Shown here: positions 13,740 to 29,386 of the stretch, in pieces
Layout: each line of letters starts with the position of its first letter
How positions within the stretch are numbered: position 1 is the stretch's first letter
NCBI RefSeq assembly: GCF_009914755.1
Contig: NC_060929.1
Strand: one strand, 5' to 3'
DNA length: 64,000 nucleotides
Source of the DNA: the human T2T-CHM13v2.0 reference genome, Homo sapiens
Program-made: the position numbers and the translations under genes
The notes under the pieces: generated by a model
Databases searched by the model: none
Told to the model about the DNA's origin: nothing
The model's input: only the letters and a program-made list of their open reading frames with translations

Positions 13740-13908
13740 TAGGGTCACCCTTGGACATGTGGTCCCCAGATGTGTTTTGTTTGGCTTATACAGTATTTTT
13801 TAAACATTTTAATTAGTTGCCAACATTTAAAATTAGATCACCATCTATTCTACTTCACCCATTTAATTACCTGCCTGGTTCCTGTCATTATTTGAATTTA
13901 CAACCTGT
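13740..13908. mobile_element. MER102-like hAT-Charlie DNA transposon relic
   Basis: GTGTTTTGTTTGGC...GTTGCCAACATTTAAAA...ATTTGAATTTACAACC. Confidence 0.55.
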
Positions 13909-14415
13909 AATCTATGGACTTAATTCCTATTCTCATTGTCACTGGTAACTATAAGCTTTGGTAAATAGAGAATGATTTATTTTCTTCATATAGTGTCACA
14001 AAGTTCTGCTCCACTGAATACTAACAAGCGTTCATAAAAATTACTTTTTAAAAAGTAGTCTTTCTTCTTAGAAACTGATTTCTAACCAATCTAATTTGGA
14101 CTGGATTCAAGGAAAAATTACAAAAAGTATTATGATTATGATTTCTTCACCTGTTTTGTCTCTATTGTTCCATTTTTGCTGAAGTATTGAATTAGAACTT
14201 AATGAGCTATGTATTATAGGCAGAAAAAGAATAGTATGGTGCAATGCATTGGGAGAATTTAACACAAATCATTGCAAAAAGTGGCAACAAGACAAAAACT
14301 TCCTAGAGACTATTTGGTCTTGGCTAAAGCTGAAAGGGCTGCCAGCATGCATTTGGGAAAGGATAAGCTTCTAAGAAGAAAGACTACTTTTTAAAAACTA
14401 ATTTTTATGAACACT

Positions 14416-14839
14416 TGTTATAAGCGTCTATCTACAAGCTAATCTGATTACCCCCATTGATGAAGGATGGATACCATGCCCCATAAGCCTCCAGGTATCC
14501 AAGCACACAACACTCAGCATTGGACAGATGAGATCAACAGCAGTTTATTAGTCCCGTGTACTCACAGCCTCGGGGAGAAGAACACTGTGTGTGCCATGCA
14601 GCCCCATCTGGGGGTTACACTCAAGTAGAGTGAACAAGCAGGGGCTGTGGGAAGCAGGCTTTGCAGTGACAAGAGGGTAAGATAACCCTTGGTTCCCATG
14701 GGAGAATGTCCCTGGCTTGTTTGAATAATTTTGCTGGCTAGCAAGGCATACCTGCCAAGACCAGGGAACTCATAGCTAGTTCCTAGAACCTTGTGAGGCT
14801 CAAAATGTCAAGGCAATGCATGGAATTTCAGGTGTTACA
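14416..14839 (-). mobile_element. Solo ERVL LTR (LTR53/LTR47/MER74 group)
   Basis: TGT...ACA termini; minus strand has AAAATTATTCAAAC, CTGTGAGTA and AATAAA, resembling blocks in the MER74 at 27.4 kb. Confidence 0.7.
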
Positions 14840-17279
14840 AATGCATATATGTACATATTTTACTATTTACTCTGATATTTTAAAATCAGTAGGGAATTGG
14901 GTAAGTTTCTAACTAATGGTTTTTATGTCCCAAATACATCTCTGTTGAGAGCAAGGTATTGGATTTTCAAATATGCATTTTTGATAAACTATCATGTATA
15001 GTTTTATCCATTTAAAATATTGTAATATAAATGTTTTTTCTGTAGTTCTGTATCCAGTAAACTAAGACCATGCCTTTCCACAGCATCTCTGATTTTTCAG
15101 TAAATTCCCACAAACCGTGCTCAATAAGTTCAAAGATACAAGCTCTATGCTCCAAGCCTCAATTCTTTGTTCATTTTTTTTACAATTCCTTATAGCATTT
15201 CCTTTAACATCACCTTGGTTTCACTACTTTAAAATTGCCTTTTTATTATCTACAGGACATGATTCACACTCATTGCGGCTATCTGAGAGTCTGACACCCT
15301 GCACAGAGAGATAGCTGGATGTCTATAATGCCCAGTCAAAGGGAAAGTATAAAAGGAATAAGCACCAAGTGTGGTATATGATAAAAATGATCTCCTCTAC
15401 AGCATAAACTACTTCTCTGAAGCCCTGGGAACTTCAAGATGTCAGTTTATATATTGCTACTTTCTAAGCTGCATTATGTAATTGAGACCTCTTAAAAATT
15501 AATTAAGAACATCAGGTTTTTCTGACAAATGTAGTTGAGAAAAGCAAAGATAATATTGTTCAAAAGAGCTAACTGATCTCAGTCAGGAAGATTCTGTATG
15601 ATTAAAATTATGGTTACATATTTTCCTAGTTTTTTCAGTTGATGGAACACTTTCTTCTTTCCTATCTGTATGTGCCTTGATATTAATTACTTCAAATACA
15701 AACATTTGTGGTGCAGCATATACTTCTTCAAAATGAGTTCTCATCCCCAATATAAAAATTAAAGTATTGCTTTCTCAATATCGTATGTTTCCAAATTTCT
15801 ATAGAATGATATTTAACTGGGACTTTAAAAAATATTTGGTTTCCAAGCTTTATAAGATAACCAGTGACATGAATCTGTGACTTTTTTAAAGTGGCACAAA
15901 TAGTATTAACCTTTACAATTATAAGAAACAATAAATATGCCTTCTGATCTACAGGACAGCTTTTTGGCTATCTCATTTTCTTATATATAATCTTTGCCTA
16001 AATGTTATCTGTTGGAACACATTTTCTTAGAAGTTCTGATTGTGACAGATAATGAATATGCCGATACTTGAAGAAAATTTTTTCCTTTATCACTGTCTTA
16101 TTTCTCCACGGTAACCACAGTGCAGTCACTTCAGGGCCAATGCAGAAAGCCTTTGTATAAATGACTATCTTAAAAAAATTCTGAATAAATTTAATATCAA
16201 GAAGAGAATTTCTGACTTTCCTTAGAGCTCTTAAATTGATTGAAAATCTAAGACTAATGGCAGACAAATAACTTAATGGGAATGTTTTTAAATGATGATG
16301 TAAGCTTGACTACACATCCATCATAATTTTTACTGGATCCTTTTTTATCAGAGAACATCTAAAGCAACCTGGAACACATTTGTTCTTGAATTAAATTAAA
16401 AATTATTGTGAAGACCACGTTCTATGCTATGTTTTCATATATCTTAAAAATATTATGTCAGAATTGTCAGCCTGGATAAAAATAATGTATCTTCTTTAAT
16501 CACATAAACATTAATAGATTTTTTCCAATGTTAGTATATGTGCTACCAATGCACAAGATTTCTTAATTAACCTCTTGTCAAAACCAGTCAATTAATTTTT
16601 TAAATTATCTGTATTTGACTTTCTTCTTATTTGTCTTAATGGACAATACTCTCTTAATAAATATGTTCTCTGAGTGGTACATCACACCTTCTAAAAATAA
16701 TCAAAAATTCAGGAAATGCATTTTATTGCTGAACTTAAAACTAGATGATAGAAGCCTTCTTTACTGGTATTTGTAATGCATAATTTGTTTAAAATTAAGT
16801 TTGCATAACCTATATTTTGTTCTATTTTTATAAATCCAAACAATGAGAAAAATTCGGATCTTATTTTATCATTTCAAGACAAGAACAAATGAATGAAGTG
16901 TATATATCATATAAATTTGTGTGCTTCAGTGTGTGCCTCTAGTCTGCTCTAGGCCAACAATATTTATAGCATTAAACTAATAATATGCTGTAAATTATAG
17001 ACATTGAAAAGTGTTATTACTGATTTCACTTTTCATAAGCATAAAGAAACCAATTGCATTATTTTGTACCATAATTATGAATAAATATGTTCCTCTTATT
17101 TCTTACTAAATTAATATTTAAAAGTTGCCCATTTTAAAGTACTCCTGTGGATATTTAAAAGAGTATTCAATAGAGGTTGTCCTTAAAGAGATTAAAATAT
17201 GCTATAGGTGTATAACAATTAAGTTAGTATGCTTCTAATAAAAGTATAGACTATTATATCAATGAAGAAATTAATATGT

Positions 17280-19570
17280 GAAATTTAAGAAGGCATTGCA
17301 AGTGAATAGTGTATTGGAAGATAATTTCAAAGATTATTGTGACAATATTTTAGGCTACTGGGGAAAAGAATCCATTTTCTTCCATATGAAATACCTTACA
17401 CCAAAACTACAGTTGGCTTAAAGATTTAGTCTAAATCAAAAACTGGAACAAATTAGAAAAAAAAATAGTAAATATTTGCCTGATCATGAGATGAAATAAT
17501 CTTTCTAAGCAAATGTGGAAAGGCAGAAGCCCCAAAGAACAAGTTCAATAAAAATTCCAAAAGTTGCCACAAATACAGAAGAAAAAAGTTACCATCTTTA
17601 ATACATGAAAAGAAAAAAATAACTTTTCTGTCCCATTTTAATGGGATACCTTTATTGTACCAACTTTCCTCCTAAAGTCAATTAAAATTGTTAAGTCAGG
17701 CATTTTTTTAATATACCTTAAAAGCTTTGAAGAGGTGCCCAGATAGCGGAGAATTGACAGGCCAAATTCCAGGAGGACCAAATTCTAAGAGGATCATATC
17801 TGCTTTTGCCCTTAGGGGACTTGCATAAATCTACAAATTTTGGCTAAAGTTAGGCAGCATCATAAACTTTTAAGGGCAGAAATAATTATCTAGAGTCTGT
17901 TCTAGGTGGTAAGCATCACAGGAAAATACACCCTGGATTAAGCTGAGACCCCCCCAAGGGGCTACTCAAGGTAAAATGTTCCTTGTGTTACCCAAGAGGA
18001 GAATAAAGATACAGATTAACAATAGACTTTGATGAATTAAGATTTGGGATACACATTGTAAATTTAGTGTAACTGCTAAAATTATATAAACTAAGTATAT
18101 AACACCTAAACTAGTTCAAGAAAAAAATGAAATGATAAGTAATCTATAAGCAGCAAAGAAAAAAATATAGATTGAGTGCCAGTGAGACATAAAATAAGAT
18201 GCCAGACTTAATTCCAAATATATCAGTAGTTATAGTAAATACAAATGATCTAAATGTTTTAGTTGAATATCAAGGATTATTAAACTGAAGGGAAAATAAG
18301 TGTACCTGTATTAATAATTACAAAAGGTTCAGTTTCACCAGGAAGATGTAACAATTATATATGTTCTTATTCCTAATGGCAGAGCCTCAAAATATATAAA
18401 GTTAAATTGACAGATTTACATATGAAGAAAAATAAATTCAGTGAGGATTTTAACACAATTCTCAGTAACTTATAGAAAAGAAAGAAAAAACAAGCAGAGA
18501 TATAAGAGGAACAAAAACAAGTAAATTGACCTACCAGATATATATGGAACCCTATAGTTTACAGTTGCAAAATAAATGTGTTATAAGAGGACATGAGACA
18601 GTTTTTTATATTGGGAATATTCAGTTATAAAGCAAAATCCAACAAATTTCAAAAGACTCTTCTGGCCATTATATAATTGAGCCAGAAATCAATTTTTGAA
18701 AAGGATAGTTAGAAAATATCTACATATTTGGAAATTACTATTCATAGGTAACCCGCTAATCAAAAACAAATTATAACAGGAAAAAGAAAATAATTTGAAC
18801 TAAATTTTGGGATGAAACTAAAGTAGGACTTTTTCAAAAAAAATTTTAGATAAAAATTTCATAGCCTTTAATTAATATATTAGAAATAAAGGTTTAAAGA
18901 TTAAGTATTTATCTCAAAAAGGTAAATTAAAAAGCAGTAAAATACTTTAAAAGATCATAGAAGAAAGGAAATGCTAATTATAACAGAAGAGAATAAGCAA
19001 ATAGAAAACAAATAGAAAATAGAGACAAGTGGTTAATTAAAAATAATTATAATATAAAAAATTGGGGGAAGTGATAAAAAAAGACACAAATAACCAATAT
19101 CAGTAATGAAAATGGGATTATCACCTTCGATACTATAGAAACTAAGATGATATTGGATATTTTCAAAACTTTATAATAAATTCAGAATTTTGAATGAAGT
19201 GGGCTATTTTCCATAAAAAGATATCTTACAAAAACTCAAAAGAGAGAGAAGGTAGGGAAACAGATTGAATGAGATCCTGAAATTTTTCTGTCATCATTAA
19301 ATAAATTGAATGTAGTTTAAATAAGTCTTTTTTACAAAGAAACTTTTAGTCTCATATGGCTTCATTGGAAATCTCTTCCAAAAACTAATGGATATAAAAA
19401 TTTCCTGTTACATGATCTTATCAGAAAAAAAAAACAAACAAAAAGAGGTAATAAACCCAACTCATTTTCAAATAACATAATCTTGAAACCAAAATTCAAC
19501 AAGGAAAAAAATGAAGTTAAATTACTTACCATTTTCATTTATAAACATATAAGCAAAAAAAATCTTAAAA
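17280..19570 (+). mobile_element. Mosaic of old L1M fragments (ORF2 3' part, a possible 5' region, then EN/early ORF2)
   Basis: A-rich sense strand with decayed ORF2 text (CCAGGAAGATGTAACAATT...CAGAGCCTCAAAATATATAAAG; GAAAATGGGATTATCACC). Confidence 0.7.
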
Positions 19571-19580
19571 TCAAAAAATA

Positions 19581-19854
19581 AGGCACAGCAATGGTTCATG
19601 CCTGTAATCCCAGTAATTCAGGAGGCTAAGGTGGGAAAATCACTTGAGCTCAGGGGTTTGAGACCAGTCTGGGCAACATAGCAAGAATCTGTCTCTACAA
19701 TAATAGAAGAAAAGAAAACATCGCAGCCACTCAGGAGGCTGAGACAGGAGGATCACCTGAGCCCAGGAATGTGAGGCTGCAGTGGGCTATGATTAAGCTA
19801 CTGCACTCCAGCCTGGGTGATGAAGCAAGGTCTCATCTCAAAAAAAAAAAAAAA
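19581..19854 (+). mobile_element. AluJ
   Basis: J-type diagnostics (CTTGAGCTCAGG, GAGGCTGCAGTG..CTATGATT), internal deletion, A-tail. Confidence 0.9.
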
Positions 19855-19934
19855 AGAGAGAAAGAAAGGCAAAATTAAATCTGACAGTATAACACATCAA
19901 AACCAAATGGCTGTAACAAGAGTACAAGGTTGCG

Positions 19935-21195
<1,261 letters not shown>

Positions 21196-24100
21196 AAAAA
21201 AGTATTCCCTTCAATGTGAGATCTTTCTTTTTATTCTAGTATTTTTTTATAAACTGGTCAAACACATCAGCTGTCTTGTTAGTCCTAAATGTTCTTTGTG
21301 ATCTTACTTCCAGTCACATCTCCTTGTCAGACTACCTGACACTCCTTAAGCAATCCACTGTATCAAAAAATTCTATTCCTGTCCTTTTTACTTTGATACA
21401 CTTCAACCTAGCTCTATTTCCTTGCTATAGCTGTTACACACTTTCTTCTCTAAAGCAATTGGGAGTCCAGTGACAGGCCTCTAGCTGAGTCTTTCCCAGT
21501 CAAGTGTAAACCCATCCCTACTTCCTGCTCCTGGTTCTATTCATCTCCTCAGTCATCTGCATTGCTGACCTACTTCCAGCTTCCCAACATCTCCAGGAGT
21601 AATAGCTTCTACTCTTCTTAGGGGCTGCCAACATCTCCTTCATTTTTTTTGTAGGGGTCATCTCTGCCTGTATCATATTTGCACAGCTCATGCTCTGCAG
21701 GTTAGGAGAGACCAGTTGCTAGAACTGACTTCAGGGGACCCAGGCAGCACAGTGATTCATACCCAACCCTTCAGAAAGAGAATCCCAAAGAGACTAAGGA
21801 TATGTGTATTTGTTCCAACAACTGCAGAGTCCACTTAGGTTCAGAGGAGCCTGTGTACTCTGAAAATTACAGAACCCTTCTGTATCATGATTGGATTTCT
21901 ACTTACCCTCTTGGTCTGAGGAGGAATCTACAGGCAAAGGGTATGCCAATCCTCCAACTCTGGGCTTGAGAAAGGAGAAAGATCTTACAGGATGGACTTA
22001 CCAACATCAGGCAGCCATATTTTTGTAAAGGAAAGGATAGCCTACTTTCTATTTCACAATTTAAGGTGGCTAAGTTTTCCCAGTGTGTGACATGACACAC
22101 TTGTGTATCATTTTGCAGAACACCATGATGTCCTTTATCCGTGCCACCTGATATGAGTATCTCTGGGAGGCTTAGCTGAAACAGTGTAGCGTAGCAATTT
22201 TATATTTGTATATAATCTTCCAGATTTCTGTGTTGCTATGCCAGTCAGTTTATTATCCTCTTGAGCATCTGAGAGTGCAAGGAATCTTCTGATCAAACTG
22301 CTGCAGGAGTGCAAGCTATGTCTCTCCCACTAACCTGTTGCCTGTCATGAACTCTCCATGGGAAATCTCTGCTTGCTATTAAGTTCTATACTGTGCACAC
22401 AATCCAAGCAAGAAACGAAAACAATGGTTTCTCTATAATTGAATGCCAGTGTTTTTGCTTTTCCCATCACTAATTTCTGTGGAATATACTGTATTTATAC
22501 ATTTAACCTAACCTCAAATGCCTTCCTCCATGTCGGATTCAACTGTCAAATGTCTCTCAAGATTATCTATCTACAGTAGAGATTAATAATGCCTCAGTCA
22601 GGTGGACTATGTATTTAAAAACAAGTTTTTTGACAATATAATTATAACACAACTATACCATAAATATTTTCCACGCTGAAAACACATCATTCCTTCCTAT
22701 ACCAGTACCCCAATAGTCAAGACAATGAACCAAAGTCAGTCAGATATGTCTGGAACATAAATTATTCATAATTTTCACACATTACCCAAAATTTAATTAT
22801 CGATGGCTTTTTTCTGTTTTACCGTAGCCAATTTACTTTGACTGATGGTATTTTTTAGAGTACTAATAATTTGGATATGGTTTTAGAAATAGAAATTCTC
22901 CAAAGTAAACTTCAGGGGTTCATCTCATGATCCTTTTATCTCCCCCTTCTCTGTGGTCTTTCAAAAGAATTCCCACGACTATAACATCAAGAATAATTAA
23001 GAATCACTGTTAGCAATCTCAGTCACTGTGTAACACTTTATGTTCATTGCCAAATACATTTATTTTTAAACTAATTTCTACTTCTATTATTATCATTACT
23101 GCTTATTAGTAAGTGATAACATATATGGCTTTCTCACGTTCATGAAAGTTTCACCGTTGTTAAATTTCAGAGCAAGAGTTTAATACTGAAAGAGAAAATG
23201 TATTTAAAGTAATAGATAAGAATTTTATGTGCTAAATATGACCTTTTATTTCATAACAGGACTAAGAACAGCACCTTCTAATCACACTTTGTAGATCAGG
23301 TTTGAGGAGTTAAGAGCAGATTAAAAGACCCAGAGTAATGACCTTATTCTTAAATGATTTAAAAGATCCAAAGACCAAGACTAACAGTCCAAATGCAAAT
23401 TTCGTAAGGACACAATGAGGAGGAGAACAGGAATATATAGTAGACAAGGGAGGTGGTCATAGAAGTACTCAAGACTCTACTTCCTGTTCCCAGCCTGCTG
23501 GAATGTTAAGGTCCACTAAGAGTTAGACAAGAATTCCCTCAATGGAAGTATTCCAGATTTGTATTAGATGCTACTACAGACAGGTCTCGGACATGAGAGA
23601 AATAACTGAAGTACTTTGGTAGTGAAGGAACCCTTTCCCAAGCCCAGCGGGTGACCTGAGGAAAAGAAGAAGGCACTTTCTATAGCACTCTCTGCTCACG
23701 TGCCTGCATTTTCTGCAGGAGAATGACTGCTGTCCTGACTTTGATTTCTCTCATGACCTGCCACACTTTCTTTCTAAAAGTAAAAGCAATGTTTTCAATA
23801 CCTTTTCTCCATTTTAGAAAAATCTTTGCTCTTTCCTAGAATTACACGATTTCCTTTTCAGGCAAAGTCACTTCTAAACTGAACTGGACAAACTATACTT
23901 GAGTTAAATATGTTTTTTCAAAGCAGTTTTATTCCATTATCTGAGAATTTAGCACCACTCTGCAGTCCAGAATACACTTTCATTACAGAACTGTCGAAAT
24001 ATAATATGGCCTGCAATAAAACCTGATAAGTAAATAAAGTAACAAAACCAACTTTCTTTTCAAAGAGGAAGTCCAATAATATTTTAACATGTACTTCTGA

Positions 24101-24554
24101 TTCAAGATACTAATATCTGCCTAAATACATTTATTTGCAGTTTGTATGCCTTATTCCCGGGCCAGTACATTATTTGGGTTTAGTTGTGGTTGTTGTTAAC
24201 ATTATAATCAAATTCATAAATAAAAGGGATAGATTTGGCCAGTTAGAAAGGAGCTGAAGTAGAATTGCATGCAAAGCAAATCTCAATGATTTTCTCCGGA
24301 ATATATAAAAATATTGCCTAAGAATTGAAGGCCACAGCAAGTAGACTATCATCAGTTTCCCTATATTATGGGGAAATGATTTGGAAGTGATTTTCACAAT
24401 GGAGATTTTTGTTTGCTTTCTACTATAAATGTATATCTTTTTCTTTTACTCACTCTTTCTTGACCCTGCTTCTAAAACTGCATAATCAGCAATGTCTTTC
24501 CTGTGTTGCTTTCTATTTGTGAATCTTTCATCACAGTCTATTTCTTGAGGTGAC

Positions 24555-24621
24555 TGTATATATATACGTATATATATATACACGTATATATATATATACG
24601 TATATATATATATATATATGT
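24555..24621. repeat. (TA)n microsatellite with CG interruptions
   Basis: Uninterrupted purine-pyrimidine alternation over ~67 bp. Confidence 0.95.
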
Positions 24622-25541
24622 CCCTCACTTTTTTCAAGGCACATGACTACATTTATTTTGTATAAGAAGTATACAAACAAAACATGCAATGGCTCTGTTT
24701 TCTTCTAAAAGGTCATATTACATCTTAATTCAAACCAGGAAAATAATTATGTTTTTAAAGAATAATGTACCATGTTAGATTTGGGATGTGCATACAAATA
24801 AGAATAAAGAAAAGACAGCAATAAAATTGTGTACTTGTAGAATGTTGTAAAGTGTTGATGAAAGTCTTACCTTCTTTTTCTTAAATAGATAGCCATAACT
24901 CACAGGGTTCTTTTTGCAAGTCATTGATGGCACTTCTCTGGCTTCCATGTACTTAAAAGGGTACCTACTAAAATCTAGAAGAATTCATAATTCACTTGCT
25001 ATCTTCATGCTCATTCTACTGCAAAGATACCATTCAAAATTTCTGGGTTGACAGCTAGCTATTGCTTAGACAACCTTTTAAATCATTTTGAAGTCACAGT
25101 TTCTGTCATTAGTAGGCCATACTGACAAATTATCACTGACATATTTACGCTATCAGTGTCATTCCCTGGCAGCCAAGATGTTGGAAAACATACTTGAGTA
25201 GCAACACGTATAGGATGTACTAGTTCGCCATCTGGTTGTTTGGGTTTTATGCTGGAGAGAGTTCTTTTGTTTGAACAAGGCAGTGCTGAGATTGTGACTG
25301 GTTCAGTGAAATATCACTAAGTGGAACTTTCTATTGCATGTTAATGTAATGAAGGATATGTTGCTTCCTTATAAGAAGAAACTGAATCCTGGTTACATGG
25401 CAATATCAACCTTCCTGGGGAAGAGTAAGCCCAGGTCACTAGGAAAACTATATTTTTTCAAATGTCCATTCCCTAAAGGCTATGAATATGTCTAAAAATG
25501 TCATCCAAGCGTATGAACCACATTATCTTTGCATTATTACA

Positions 25542-25857
25542 CAGGTTGAACATCTCTTACCCAAAATGCTTAGAAACACAAATGTTTCACATTTCAGATT
25601 TTTGGAATTTTGGAATATTTGCATTATACCAAATTGGTTGAGCATCTTTAATCCAAAAACCTGAAGACCATCCAAACACCAACCTTCGATTTCATTAAAT
25701 TCAAGAGCATTTTAATGCATTATAGTTCACCAACTGAGCATCCAGAATCTGAAATGCTCCAATGAATATGCACGTTGAGCATCATGTTAGTGCTCAAAAA
25801 TGTTCAATTTTGGAGCATTACAGATTTAGGATTTTTGGATTAGGGACACTCAACCTA
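25542..25857. mobile_element. Tigger4 (Zombi/MER46-type) TcMar non-autonomous element
   Basis: TIRs CAGGTTGA...TCAACCT; internal GAAATGCTCCAA / TTGGAGCATT inverted repeat. Confidence 0.85.
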
Positions 25858-25935
25858 CACATGTGTAATCTTTCCTTGGACTAAAGCCATTTTTCAAGAG
25901 TAATAACTTCAATAATATTCAGATGAATTACATAG

Positions 25936-26269
25936 TGTCTTAGTCAGTTTAGACTACTATAACAAATACCATAGACTGGTCACATAAGCATCTATTTCTC
26001 ACAGGCCTAGAGACTGAGAAGTCCAAGATCAAGATGCCAACATATCTGGTCTCTGGCAAGGGCCCTCTTCCTGGTTATATCCCCACATAGAGTGGGGGAA
26101 GGCAGAAAGCTCTCTCCATCTCTTCTTATAAGGCACTAATCTCATCATAACAGCTTCACCTTCATGACTTAATTACCTCCAGAAAGCCTCATCTCCAGAT
26201 ATCAATACATCGGGGATTAAGGTTTCAGTATATGAATTTCTTTGGGGGAGACACATACAGTCCATAATA
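25936..26269 (-). mobile_element. MLT1A-type MaLR solo LTR
   Basis: TGTCTTAGTC...AAGTCCAAGATCAAG...CAGTCCATA; perfect 5-bp TSD CATAG at 25931-25935 and 26270-26274. Confidence 0.9.
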
Positions 26270-26420
26270 CATAGCAAATAAAATGATGTGCACGTACTAC
26301 TGAAAGGCTTAATGTACAGGCCTTTAGCTATTTTTATATGAAGTCTGATATGTCACATTGTGAGAATATGGTTGTCCACCTACAGTAGAAGTATATATAC
26401 TGCCTATCAGCACAATCATC

Positions 26421-27120
<700 letters not shown>

Positions 27121-27417
27121 TGTCTTTTCCCTTCTTAAACTCAGTACCAATCACATATAATAATCATGGTCTCTGCTAGACCCACAAACCTCTCCTGGGG
27201 GAAACTGCTCAGTCCACCTGGCCCCTGCTGAGACATCTTAAGGTTTGCTCTAACAGATTGTGAAGCCAAACACAGTTCCTCTTCTAGGAATGCAAATTTT
27301 GTGATTTGGAGAGAATCCGTGGGGCAACAGCCACTGAGAGATTACATCAGGAGATGATACCAATAGAATAGGGGCCATGGGGGTCATTATGTGTGAGAGA
27401 TTTCTAAGAAAGTAAGG

Positions 27418-27950
27418 TATATTGACTGTTTTCTTATTTTTTCATATTTTTAACCACCTGGCATCTGGGTCCTTGCTGACCTCAGGAAGAACTGCCCCTA
27501 AAAGGGCTAGCTTATTCCTAAAGACAGTAAAGGACTTGCCCGTGATCACTCTTTGATACATAAACCAACCAATCTAGAGCCCTTACCTCTAGCTACCTCC
27601 TGTATCAGCTCTCACACCTCTCTCCCCTGACCTAGTCACCACAGGGCAAGGTAACAACCAGGACAGCCCTTATAGCCCAGGGCCCACAAAAATCATTCAA
27701 ACTAACCAATCCGAAGCCTGCTTACCTTGCTTCACTTCTTTCTTCCCAAGAAAACCACAATAAAGGATTCAACCCACTAAGGCCTCTCCCCGCGACCTTC
27801 TGCCTTCTCCTCTCTCCTTGCTGCTTCCCCATGTGGCCCTGCATGGAGGGTTGTGCCTCCTATTTCCAGGGAACTGTGAGTATAATAAACAGTTCTTCCT
27901 TCATGGCAATCTTTTCTGTGTCTGAGTGTCTTACTATATATTATTAAAAC
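27418..27950 (+). mobile_element. MER74 ERVL solo LTR
   Basis: CATCTGGGTCCTTGCTGACC...AAACCAACCAATCTAGAGCCC...AAACCACAATAAAGG...GGGAACTGTGAGTA. Confidence 0.8.
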
Positions 27951-29096
27951 AAATCCTAGGTGCCATTAAAACAAAAGGCACTCTCCTGTAGGTTACACTG
28001 CTACATACTTTATAAAATAGCTTAAGGGTACAGATTAAAGCGGCCAAAGACACTAGAGTGTGAATGAATAAATGAATTCTGGCTGTGAGAATCAGCAAAT
28101 ACTTCTCAGGAGGTGCAGCAATTGAGTTGCATGTTGAATGACAGGCATATATCCAAAATTTAGAAATATGTTGCATGAAGGGGTGGGAGGATGGGTCAGC
28201 AGAAGAAATTGCCTGAGCACAGGTAGAAACAAGTGGGACTATAGATTGAAAAGACTTGAGGAGGCCAGGCGCAGAGGAAAGGTTGGAGCTAAGATCACAT
28301 TCATTGAAATATTAGCCGTATATGTTGGCTTTAATAGAGTAGAGAAGGGCTCAAACAAAATGCTAACTTCCAAATGAACCTTTGCAAACCTAATGTTGTC
28401 ATTGACTTCTCATGTACTCACTAACCTGATAAAAGCTGGTAGCTGGCAGGAGAGGATGTACATACAGACAAGGTGATGATAATGGCTCAGCTTCTGAGGC
28501 AGCTTGCCTTGATGGCCTTAACACCATTTCCAGGAGTAAATGTTTCCATCACAGTGTGACAAATGTAATCGGTTTTTGAGGCTGCATTTTCAAAAATTAA
28601 TAATACACATGCTGTGTGAAAACATTATGCTCAGAGGCATGTTTTTAGAAGTTTCTAATAGAATATCTTAAAGAAATCATCCTAAGATGAAGTCAGAGTT
28701 TCACAACGTATGATTCTAGTAATGGTGCATGGGAAATAGATTTATAACTGAAGGGTATGGGAAGGTAACAGCAAACTGGGACATAGTCAGTATTTCTGTT
28801 CCATTAATTTTTTAAATTACTTCAATTATATTCTTTTACCAGAGTACAATAGGGAATCAGTTAATAGACATTTATGAAGGATTGAGATGGAAAAGTACAC
28901 AGACAATATAAGTAATGAACCAGAGAGGAAAAGTAAGCTTCTATCTGTCAAGTCTCATTCAGAAAGCCCTGTGAAAAAATATTCTATAGGCTGAATTATA
29001 GGGAACAATTTAACAACAACAGGGTAACAAATCAAAATAGACCTTTCCCTGAATTCATTGATCTAATGGAAAAATCATTTGATTATTATAATTTGA

Positions 29097-29386
29097 TTTT
29101 TTTTTTTTTTTTGAGACAGGGTCTTGCTCTGTCACCCAGGCTGGAATGCAGTTGTGTGATCATGGCACACTGCAGCCTCTACCTCCCCAGGCTTAAGCAG
29201 TCCTCCCACTTTAGCCTACCAAGAAGCTGCGGCTACAGGTGCGCACCACAAGGCCTGGTTAATTTTTGTAAAGACAGGGTTTCGTCATGTTGCCCAGGCT
29301 GGTCTCAAACTCCTGGACTCAAGCTATCTTCCCGCCTCGGCCTCCCAAAGTGCTGGGATTACAAGCATGAGCCACTGTGCCTGGCC
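29097..29386 (-). mobile_element. AluJ
   Basis: GAGACAGGGTCTTGCTCTG...TCCTCCCAC...CTCCTGGACTCAAGC J diagnostics. Confidence 0.93.

Noticed and set aside
15998-16267. 89-aa minus ORF in unique sequence
   Set aside because: No recognisable domain, no clear splice donor, and length compatible with chance
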